From an uncultured Gemmatimonadales bacterium (GTDB lineage Bacteria > Gemmatimonadota > Gemmatimonadetes > Palauibacterales > Palauibacteraceae), in NCBI GenBank assembly GCA_947259585.1, contig CAMYMV010000001.1:20135-84134 (forward strand): a stretch of DNA of 64,000 nt, written 5' to 3'. The translations under genes and the position numbers were made by a program. Within the stretch, counting starts at the first letter, position 1. The number at the start of each line of letters is the position of its first letter. Below are positions 37,277 through 44,781 of this stretch, piece after piece. The notes beneath the pieces are model-generated. The model made no database searches and was not told the origin of the DNA. It saw only the letters and a list, made by a program, of their open reading frames with translations.

Positions 37277-37783
37277 TCATGACTCGGCGCGTACCTCCCG
37301 GTATATCCGCTTCAGCAGCTGAATCTGTCCGACGTGATAGGCGTCGTGCATGACGATGCCGTGCAGGAGATCCGCGCACCGGTGGGCGGTGCTGCCCGGG
37401 GCCATCTCGTCGAGGCGCTCGGGATCGAGCGATCTGGCGGCGGCGTTGAGCAGCTCGTGCTCGGACTTGAGGAGGGCGCGATCCTCCTTCCACGAGGCGT
37501 CGTCGGGCGAGGCCGGCTGCCTTGGCCAATTGGAGGGCGTGCGCGGGAAACCACCCTTCGGCCCGCCTTCGAGAATCCGCCGGACGGCGTACTTCCAGTA
37601 GGCGATGTGAAGCGTGAGCTCCCAGATGCTGTGCCGGTCGGGCGCCGGCCTCCAGACCGCGGCATCGACCGAGACGCCGCGCAGACATCCGAGCGGAGAG
37701 GCTCCACCGAACCAGAGCCGCTGGCCGGGCTCCGGATCTAGCATTCGAACCAGCTCGGCCAGGCGGGGGTCGTTCATCCGCAA
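37277..37783 (-). CDS. DinB/YfiT-family (DinB_2) protein
   Basis: HDAYHVGQIQLL is the characteristic C-terminal motif of the DinB superfamily. Confidence 0.75.
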   Translation of the reverse strand: MRMNDPRLAELVRMLDPEPGQRLWFGGASPLGCLRGVSVDAAVWRPAPDRHSIWELTLHIAYWKYAVRRILEGGPKGGFPRTPSNWPRQPASPDDASWKEDRALLKSEHELLNAAARSLDPERLDEMAPGSTAHRCADLLHGIVMHDAYHVGQIQLLKRIYREVRAES

Positions 37784-37789
37784 GGACCG

Positions 37790-38443
37790 TCAGTTCCCGA
37801 GGTTCCAGACCTCCGCGGCCGTCGAACGCACCCCGCGACGATACACCTGTACGCCCTCCTTGGCGTGGTACAGGAGGAATCTGGCACCGCTCCCGCCTCG
37901 GCGTCGCATGACGTCGTGCATGATCGGCGTTTCGCCCTCCCAGGGGAACGCGAAGACGAGATCGAAGTCTTCCAGGGAGCGCCCCAGCTCGGGGTAGCCC
38001 GAGGCGCCTCGGCCGATGGTGCCGAGACGTGGATCGCCGGTCTCGGAGATCCACTCGTAGCCGTCTGGCAGGAAGCTGCCTGCCGCGAAACGGGCGTCCG
38101 ACCCGGATCTCTCGGCCAGACCGCGCGCGATATCGACGAGCTCGGGGTCGATCTCGATCCCGTACGCCTCGAAGCCGAGAAGATCGGCCATGATGGTGAT
38201 GACGCCGGTCGCCGAGCCCCACTCCAGAAACCGCAAGCCCGGCCCTCGCAGCATCAGAAGAGCTCGGAGTACGCGCTCGTAGTCACAGGGGACGAAAGGG
38301 TGGAATCTGCGCTGGCGCACATCGCTGTCAAAGCGGTTCCAGATCGCACGGCCTTCCTCGCGCAGCGAAGTCATGCGGTCGCCGAGGAGGTCGTCCATCT
38401 CCAGTTCTCGGAAGAGCGCGTCCGGGTTCACGGTCTTCCTCAT
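37790..38443 (-). CDS. class I methyltransferase-fold protein, hypothetical
   Basis: LEWGSATGVITIMADLLGFEAYGIEIDPELVDIAR is a Rossmann-like MTase core. The start overlaps the stop of the upstream small ORF (ATGA). Confidence 0.55.
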   Translation of the reverse strand: MRKTVNPDALFRELEMDDLLGDRMTSLREEGRAIWNRFDSDVRQRRFHPFVPCDYERVLRALLMLRGPGLRFLEWGSATGVITIMADLLGFEAYGIEIDPELVDIARGLAERSGSDARFAAGSFLPDGYEWISETGDPRLGTIGRGASGYPELGRSLEDFDLVFAFPWEGETPIMHDVMRRRGGSGARFLLYHAKEGVQVYRRGVRSTAAEVWNLGN

Positions 38444-38664
38444 TCGCGATCAGAGCCGCTCTCCCGGTCCTGATCGTCGAACGAAGTTTCTTCTTCGGAC
38501 CCCGAGCTTTCATCGCCATCCGCCACGGCGCCTGCCTCGCCCGAAGCCTCCAGGATCTTTGCCTCCTTTCGCAATCTCCTCTTTTCGGCTTTCGCTTCCT
38601 GCTTTTTCTTTTTCTTGAGCTCCTTTTGTCTTTTTTCAAAGCTGTAGTTTGTTCGTCTTCCCAC
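38440..38664 (-). CDS. small Lys-rich/acidic-tailed protein, hypothetical (about 74 aa)
   Basis: The GTG start is preceded by AAGGAG. The product reads GRRTNYSFEKRQKELKKKKKQEAKAEKRRLRKEAKILE..SGSEEETSFDDQDRESGSDRE, and the gene is translationally coupled to the downstream MTase-like gene. Confidence 0.4.
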   Translation of the reverse strand: MGRRTNYSFEKRQKELKKKKKQEAKAEKRRLRKEAKILEASGEAGAVADGDESSGSEEETSFDDQDRESGSDRE

Positions 38665-38843
38665 ACTATCTCCTTGCCATGGCACCACCTGGCGCGACTC
38701 CCTCGAGCCGCAGCCGGTCGATCCCGTTAACGTGTATCGTCGCCGGCCCTTGCCGCCGGGTCCTAGAAGCCTACCCAGCCCGGGTCGGTTTCGATCCTAT
38801 GGAGCTTATGCCGCGCCGGCCAGCAGACGTGCGCGAAGCGATG

Positions 38844-41261
38844 CTAGGCCACCTCTGCCGCGCTCTTCGCCGCCTCGGCTTCCCGGATGGCGCGCCACAC
38901 CCGATCGGGCGTGAAGGGTAGGCTGTCGATCCGGATCCCGATCGCGTCGTAGATGGCGTTGGCGATGGCGGGCAGTGATGGATGGAGCGGCCCCTCGCCG
39001 GCTTCCTTCGCCCCGTAGGGCCCCTCCGGGTCGATCGATTCCACGATGAGCGGCACGAACTCCGGACAGTCGAGCGAGGTGGGGATCCGGTAGTCCAGGA
39101 GGGAGGGGGCGTCGTGGAGCGCGCCCTGGTGCTCACCGGTCTTGTACGTCTGCTCCTCGAGAATCGCCTCGGCACAGCCCATATACGCGGAGCCCTCGAT
39201 CTGTCCCTCCACCAGCATCGGGTTGAGGGCGCGACCGCAATCGTGCGCCACCCAGATCGTCTTGACCTCGACGAATCCGCTCTCGGGATCCACCTCGACC
39301 TCGGCCACGTGGGCGGTGAAGCTGTAGGCGGGCGAGGCGCCGATCGTCCCGCCCCGATACTCGCCGTGCACCCCCTCCTTCGGCGTGTTGTAGTGGCCGA
39401 CGGCTCCCAGCGTGCCGTACCCGGCCTCCGCGAGCTGGAAGGCCTGCGCGATCGGCATGCGGCGTTCGGGGCTGGCGGGATCTGCGCTGTCGAACGCCCA
39501 GCCACCGGCCAACCGAACCTGGGACGACTCGATCCCCCATTCACTCGCGACGCTGCCCCGCACCTGCTCGCCGATTTGCCGACAGGCCATCACGCAGGCG
39601 TTCCCCACCATCACGGTCTCGCGAGAGGAGTACGCTCCGAGGTCCACCGGAACGAGATCGGTATCGGCCGAGAAGACCCGCACGTAGTCGAGGGGAACGC
39701 CGAGCTCTTCGCAGGCGATGTATGCCATCGTCGAGTCGGAGCCCTGGCCGATCTCCGAAGCTCCATGGAGAACGGTCACTCGGCCCGAGCGCTCCACCTG
39801 GACCTGAACCGCCGCCTGGGGCATGGGGTTGGGATAGATCGGATAGTTGGTGCCGGAGATGTAGCAGGATCCCGCCACGCCGATTCCCCTGCCGTAGCCC
39901 ATCTTCCGGAACTTGTCCTTCCACCCGCTCTCCGATTCAACCGACTCGAGGCACTCCAGGAAGCCGTTCGACCGTACCCGGAACTCGTTAACCGTGCGGC
40001 CGGTCCCCATGAAGACGCCACGCCTGAACTCGATCGGGTCCAGGTCCAGCTCCTCGGCCACCTTGTCGAGCGAGATCTCGAAGGCGAAGCGCGGCTGCAC
40101 GGAGCCATGCCCGCGCTTGGGCCCGCACGGGGCCTTGTTGGTGTAGACCCGCGTGGAATCGAAGCGGTAGGAGTCGATCTCGTACGGCGCGGTCAGGAGC
40201 TGCCCGCTGTAGTAGGTCGTGACGAGCCCGAACGAGGCGTACGCGCCCCCATCCAGGATCGTCTTCGCATCCACGGCGAGGATCCGGCCATCTCTGGATG
40301 CCCCAACCCGGTACGTCATCTTCATCGGATGCCGGCCGCGGTGGGAGTAGAAGACCTCCTCCCGCGTGTAGAGGATCTTCACCGGCCGGCCAGTGCGCAC
40401 GGCGAGAAGCGCCACGCAGAACTCGAGATCGAAGGGCTCGGACTTCCCGCCGAACGCTCCACCCACCGCGGGCTGAACGACGCGCACCTTGGCGACGTCC
40501 AGGCCGAGCACGCGGGCGATCTCGCGGTGCAGGTAGTGCGGCACCTGCGTCGCCGACCACACCTCCAGCAGGCCGTTCTGGTTCATTCGCGAGATCGCGC
40601 AGTGGGGCTCGATCGGCGTGTGGGTCGTCCCGTGGAAGAAGTACTCGCCCTGCACGAGGACATCGGCCTTCGCCATCTTCTCGTCGACCGGCCCGAACTC
40701 GAGCTGCACGCGCTTGAGGACGTTGCCGTTGTGGCCTGGCTTGCGAGGCTCGTGGATCGGGTTCTCGGCGGCTTCCTCCGCGAGCGCTTCCTGCGGATCC
40801 AGGTAGTAGGGAAGCGGCTCGTACACGACCTCGATCAGCTCCAGGGCCGCGGTCGCCGTCTCCTCGTCGATCGCCGCCACGCAGGCGACCGCATCGCCGA
40901 CGAAGCGCACCTTCTCCAGGGCGAGGGCGTGCTCATCCGGCGTCCATGGGATGATGCCGTAGGGAGTCGGCAGCTCCTTCCCGGTGATGACGTCGTAGAC
41001 GCCCGGGAGCGCGAGCGCCTTCGTCGGGTCGATCGAGAGGATCCTCGCGTGCGGCTCCGTGCTTCTCAGGATCTTTGCGTGGAGCATGCCGGGGAAGGTG
41101 ATGTCGTCGGTGTAGACGGCCTTTCCCGTCGACTTGAACAAGCCGTCTGTGCTCCGGTTCCGGCCGCCGATCGTCCGGTACTCGGCCTCCGCCACTTCCC
41201 GAAGCCGTTCCGGCTCGTCCGCCGTGACCTCCTGCAGCGGGAGAAGGTCTTCGTTACGCAT
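38844..41261 (-). CDS. xanthine dehydrogenase-family molybdopterin-binding large subunit (CoxL/aldehyde oxidase-like)
   Basis: 805 aa from the MRNEDLLPLQEV start. Ald_Xan_dh_C and molybdopterin-binding regions are recognisable (GGAFGGK, YDVITGKELP). The start overlaps the coxS-like 3' end by 8 bp. Confidence 0.85.
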   Translation of the reverse strand: MRNEDLLPLQEVTADEPERLREVAEAEYRTIGGRNRSTDGLFKSTGKAVYTDDITFPGMLHAKILRSTEPHARILSIDPTKALALPGVYDVITGKELPTPYGIIPWTPDEHALALEKVRFVGDAVACVAAIDEETATAALELIEVVYEPLPYYLDPQEALAEEAAENPIHEPRKPGHNGNVLKRVQLEFGPVDEKMAKADVLVQGEYFFHGTTHTPIEPHCAISRMNQNGLLEVWSATQVPHYLHREIARVLGLDVAKVRVVQPAVGGAFGGKSEPFDLEFCVALLAVRTGRPVKILYTREEVFYSHRGRHPMKMTYRVGASRDGRILAVDAKTILDGGAYASFGLVTTYYSGQLLTAPYEIDSYRFDSTRVYTNKAPCGPKRGHGSVQPRFAFEISLDKVAEELDLDPIEFRRGVFMGTGRTVNEFRVRSNGFLECLESVESESGWKDKFRKMGYGRGIGVAGSCYISGTNYPIYPNPMPQAAVQVQVERSGRVTVLHGASEIGQGSDSTMAYIACEELGVPLDYVRVFSADTDLVPVDLGAYSSRETVMVGNACVMACRQIGEQVRGSVASEWGIESSQVRLAGGWAFDSADPASPERRMPIAQAFQLAEAGYGTLGAVGHYNTPKEGVHGEYRGGTIGASPAYSFTAHVAEVEVDPESGFVEVKTIWVAHDCGRALNPMLVEGQIEGSAYMGCAEAILEEQTYKTGEHQGALHDAPSLLDYRIPTSLDCPEFVPLIVESIDPEGPYGAKEAGEGPLHPSLPAIANAIYDAIGIRIDSLPFTPDRVWRAIREAEAAKSAAEVA

Positions 41262-41835
41262 GTGAGGCGCCCGTGGAGGATCCGGCCGTGTGTTCGGCGG
41301 GTCGCATGGAGCTGGACGGGAAGGCGAGATCGTAGCGCTCGGCGACGATGTCCCGCGGGTCCGTCCCGGTACGAAGGCTCTCGGCTGCGATCTCGACCGC
41401 CTCGAAGATCTTCGTGTATCCGGTGCAGCGGCACAGGTTGCCGGAGAGGGCCTGCCGGATCTCATCCCGGCTCGGATCGGGGTTCTCGGCCAGCAAGCCG
41501 TAGGCGCTGCACAGGATGCCGGGCGTGCAGAAGCCGCACTGAGCCGCGCCGCAGAGGTCGAAGGCATCCTGGAGGGGGTGGGGGACTCGTCTCTCAGCCA
41601 GCCCTTCCACCGTCGTGATCTGGCGCCCGATCGCCTCGTAAACCGGCATGATGCAGGCGAGATGCGGCCTGCCGTCGAGCAGAACGGTGCAGGCGCCGCA
41701 GTCGCCCTTGTCACAGCCCTGCTTCGAGCCGGTCAAGCCGAGGGCATAGCGGAGCGTCTCGAGCAGGGTGAAGTGGGTGGGGACTCCCACTTCGACCTCG
41801 TCGCCGTTGATGTGAAGCGTGATGACGTCCTTCAT
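41254..41835 (-). CDS. xanthine dehydrogenase-family (2Fe-2S)-binding small subunit (CoxS-like)
   Basis: MKDVITLHINGDEVEV...CDKGDCGACTVLLDG...CGFCTPG...CRCTGY contains the two [2Fe-2S] cysteine clusters. GGAG RBS. The long upstream part of the track ORF is a GC artefact. Confidence 0.85.
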   Translation of the reverse strand: MKDVITLHINGDEVEVGVPTHFTLLETLRYALGLTGSKQGCDKGDCGACTVLLDGRPHLACIMPVYEAIGRQITTVEGLAERRVPHPLQDAFDLCGAAQCGFCTPGILCSAYGLLAENPDPSRDEIRQALSGNLCRCTGYTKIFEAVEIAAESLRTGTDPRDIVAERYDLAFPSSSMRPAEHTAGSSTGASHA

Positions 41836-42012
41836 GCCTGCTCCGCGCGATCGTGGGCCTGACTCGCTGGGCCAGAGGGTAAGATAATACGTCCGCCGGC
41901 GAAGCCGGTTCAAACCGAACCGCGCGCGGCGGCCAGGGTACGGTGGGTTCGTGGACACGGAGGTTCCGAGAGCGTGGAGGCACGAAGGGAAATGCCAAGC
42001 CGACCGAGATCG

Positions 42013-43605
42013 ATGAAGTCCGGAGGAGCCGCCGGCATCCGGCTGGCGACGACCCTCCGGATAACGGGGACCCTGCTCTTCGTGGCCGTTGGCCCGATCA
42101 TGGGCCAGGAGCGCCCGATAGATCGCTGGCTTCTTTCCCGTCCCTTCCCCGCCGCCTCCATGGGGGAGGAAGGACCCCTGCCCACCGTCCGGGAGCTGAA
42201 CCCCCTGTTCCAACCAGGGGCCGTCCTGCCCCCTACTCCGACGCAACTCGAGGAGGACCTCGCCAGGGCGGATTCTCTCGCGGGAAGACCCTCCAATCCC
42301 CAGCTGGATGAGGCGTTGGGACGGAGGCCTCCGCGGCGACCCCCGCAGGGCGGCGGCCCGCTTCCCGGCCTTCGACCCGGCTGGATGGTGCGCCGCGATT
42401 CGGTTCTCTTCCCTGAGAGAGGCACACGTGTCGGCGCGACCTTCTGGACGCTGGTTCGGCAGGACGGGAACCCGGTGTTCGATCTCGACACCCTCGTGAA
42501 TCGGTCTGGAGCGACGGCCACCTTCGCGCACGCCTACCTCCGGCCGGTCGCCGATCAGACCGTGACGCTCCGCTTCTCGGGTCTGGGGTGCACCGATGTG
42601 TCGGCGAAGCTGAACGAGCAGCCTCTGCCGTTGGAGGCCGACGCCGGCGCCACGGATTGTGCGGGCGCCCCGACGACGGCCTCGGCGGCGGTGCGACTGG
42701 CGGGCGGATGGAACGCGCTTCTCGTCAGGGTGGAGGGCGACGAGGAGCCCTATGGATTCGCGGTCACCGTTTCGCCCGGACCAGGCGGGGAGTCCGTCGA
42801 GGAGCTGCGGATCCAGGCCTCGAGACCGCCGGGCGTCCAACCGATCCGTCCGCGAGCCTCGATCGACGTCATGGCCATCCGGGTGCCCGGACTTCAGTGG
42901 CGTGGAGGGGATCTCTCGGCCGAGGTGGTGGTCGACTTTCGTCTCTGGGGTGGCTCCGCACCGCCGGATGCCAAGGCCAAGCTGGAGATCGGCGGCGAGA
43001 AGGCGGAGTACCGTTTCGGCCAGACGCCCGACGGAGGCGAGAGCATCGAGTCGGTCTTCGAGCTCGTACCGATGGAGAAGCTTCGCGCGGTGGCGCTCGG
43101 CGAGGGTGTGTCGGTCCGGCTCGAGTGGGAGGACCACGACGAGGAGATGGCCCGCAGCCTGGCGGCGGATGGCATCCTGAGGGTCTTCCACGAGCCGATC
43201 CAGCTGCGGGGCTGGACGGGTGCCGGCGGCAACCTGCCACGAGCCGGCGTGGAGCTGGCGGGCCAGTGGAAGGTGCCGGGCTGGCTCTCCGGCTTTACGC
43301 TCGAGCTGCTTGCTGAAGAGGCGCCCGGGAACTACACGCTCGACGGCCAACCGCTCGAGCTCGAGGAGGGAAGAGCCGTTCTGTGCAGCGACTGTCCGAA
43401 GAACGCCCGCCTACGGCTCGAGGCCGCGGCTACCGACGGTTGGTCCTCACTGCCGAAAGTGCGGATCTCCGGGCCCGGCTACGCCGACGTCGCCGCTGTC
43501 GAGGGAGCCCCTCCACCCGAGCGATGGCTGCGGGCCCTGGAGAAGGATGGCAGCGAGGAGTACCGGAAGCTGCTGAGCGAGCACGCGGGCGGAGACGGGT
43601 CCTAG
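42013..43605 (+). CDS. secreted hypothetical protein (about 530 aa)
   Basis: Signal-like MKSGGAAGIRLATTLRITGTLLFVAVGPIMG. Composition and length are protein-like and there is no recognisable family. Preferred over the antisense ORF 41836-43350. Confidence 0.5.
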   Translation: MKSGGAAGIRLATTLRITGTLLFVAVGPIMGQERPIDRWLLSRPFPAASMGEEGPLPTVRELNPLFQPGAVLPPTPTQLEEDLARADSLAGRPSNPQLDEALGRRPPRRPPQGGGPLPGLRPGWMVRRDSVLFPERGTRVGATFWTLVRQDGNPVFDLDTLVNRSGATATFAHAYLRPVADQTVTLRFSGLGCTDVSAKLNEQPLPLEADAGATDCAGAPTTASAAVRLAGGWNALLVRVEGDEEPYGFAVTVSPGPGGESVEELRIQASRPPGVQPIRPRASIDVMAIRVPGLQWRGGDLSAEVVVDFRLWGGSAPPDAKAKLEIGGEKAEYRFGQTPDGGESIESVFELVPMEKLRAVALGEGVSVRLEWEDHDEEMARSLAADGILRVFHEPIQLRGWTGAGGNLPRAGVELAGQWKVPGWLSGFTLELLAEEAPGNYTLDGQPLELEEGRAVLCSDCPKNARLRLEAAATDGWSSLPKVRISGPGYADVAAVEGAPPPERWLRALEKDGSEEYRKLLSEHAGGDGS

Positions 43606-43612
43606 GGCCGGT

Positions 43613-44152
43613 TCAACTGGCCCGCTCGGGGCCTTTTTCCTTGTCGGTCGGTTCGTCCGTCTCCTCCGGGGCGGCGTCCGCCGTCTCCGAGCTATCGTCC
43701 GCCGTCTCCGAGCTATCGTCCGCCGTCTCCGAGCTATTGTCCGCTTCCTCCGCCGTCACGCCCGAAGCCTCGTCCGCGCTCGCGGTCTCGGGCTCGGTCC
43801 GCGCGGCTGCTCGCGGCTCCGATGGAGAGGCCATCGCGGCGGCCAGAGGCGTGGGCAACGCGGAGACGGATGACTCGGACGTCGGTGCCTTCGACGCGGT
43901 CGTGGCGGCGGAGCCAGTCTTCGCGGCCGGGGCGGCCGAGCCGGTCTTCGCGGCCGGGGCGTCGGGATCGATCTTCGCCGCTCGCTCTACCTCTTGGAGC
44001 TCTCGCTGGATCTCGTTGAGGCCGCGGCGAAACTCCCGCAGAGCACCTCCGACCGCGCGGCCGATCTCCGGCATCCGACGGGGGCCGAAGAAGATCAGCA
44101 CCAGCATGGCGATGATGAGTATTTCCGAGAACCCGAAGTTGCCGAAGCTCAT
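43613..44152 (-). CDS. tatA: twin-arginine translocase TatA/TatE-family protein with long repetitive acidic C-terminal extension
   Basis: MSFGNFGFSEILIIAMLVLIFFGPRRMPEIGRAVGGALREFRRG is a canonical TatA TM plus amphipathic helix (FGP hinge). It is followed by about 120 aa of Ala/Glu/Asp/Ser/Thr-rich tail with peptide repeats. Confidence 0.75.
   Translation of the reverse strand: MSFGNFGFSEILIIAMLVLIFFGPRRMPEIGRAVGGALREFRRGLNEIQRELQEVERAAKIDPDAPAAKTGSAAPAAKTGSAATTASKAPTSESSVSALPTPLAAAMASPSEPRAAARTEPETASADEASGVTAEEADNSSETADDSSETADDSSETADAAPEETDEPTDKEKGPERAS
43676..43738 (+). repeat. 3 x 21-bp perfect/near-perfect tandem repeat inside tatA tail (encodes SSETADD x3)
   Basis: gtccgccgtctccgagctatc repeated three times; the third copy ends in ...tatt. 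Confidence 0.8.
43911..43964 (+). repeat. 2 x 27-bp tandem repeat inside tatA tail (encodes AAPAAKTGS x2)
   Basis: gagccagtcttcgcggccggggcggcc / gagccggtcttcgcggccggggcgtcg. Confidence 0.75.
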
Positions 44153-44182
44153 GGTGAGCGCCGCGGAGCGGCCCGGTACTCT

Positions 44183-44737
44183 TTAGGATCCGGTGGTGAG
44201 AGCGCTGAGGATCTCTTCCCCGTAGAACATCCCGATGTACCTGGCCTGAATCGGTGTGACACTGCGTACGGCCCAGATCAGCTGAACGTGGTTCGGCTCG
44301 TGAGGCTCCGCGCGTAGCTTCAGGCCGCACTCCTCGGGAAGCCGGTTACCTTTGCGGAGGTTGCAGCGGCTACAGGCGGTGACGACGTTCGTCCAGCCGT
44401 TCCCCCCGCCGCGGGAGATCGGAACGAGGTGGTCCCGGGTGAGGGATTCCCTGTATCCCAGCTCGCGGCGGTGGCGACTGCAGTACTGGCATCTGTACTC
44501 GTCGCGGGCGAAGAGAAACGTGTTGGTGACCTGCCTGCGGAACCTGCGGGGCACATGGATGAACCGGACGAGCCTGATGACGACGGGGGCAGCGTAGTGG
44601 GCTCGCTCCGAGCGAAACGGACGCTCGTCGTCCACCTCGAGCGCTTCGGCTTTTCGGTCTATGACCAGCCGAACCGCTCGCCGGACGGGTATGATCGTCA
44701 GCGGCTCATACGACGCGTTCAGCGCGAGACAGCCCAT
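44183..44737 (-). CDS. HNH endonuclease-family protein
   Basis: CQYCSRH...DHLVPISRGGGNGWTNVVTACSRCNLRKG is an HNH motif with a zinc-binding Cys quartet. Confidence 0.75.
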   Translation of the reverse strand: MGCLALNASYEPLTIIPVRRAVRLVIDRKAEALEVDDERPFRSERAHYAAPVVIRLVRFIHVPRRFRRQVTNTFLFARDEYRCQYCSRHRRELGYRESLTRDHLVPISRGGGNGWTNVVTACSRCNLRKGNRLPEECGLKLRAEPHEPNHVQLIWAVRSVTPIQARYIGMFYGEEILSALTTGS

Positions 44738-44781
44738 GTGCTCAGCCCTCCTGGCTGGGCGAGAATTCTAGGCCTCCGCGG

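Noticed and set aside
41836-43350. Upstream 500-codon part of the minus-strand ORF 41254-43350 (MAVERVVPGRLF...)
   Set aside because: Only the last 193 codons (the CoxS 2Fe-2S subunit with its own RBS and ATG at 41835) look like a real protein. The rest is an open antisense frame typical of high-GC DNA, and it is opposite a plus-strand ORF with a proper signal peptide.
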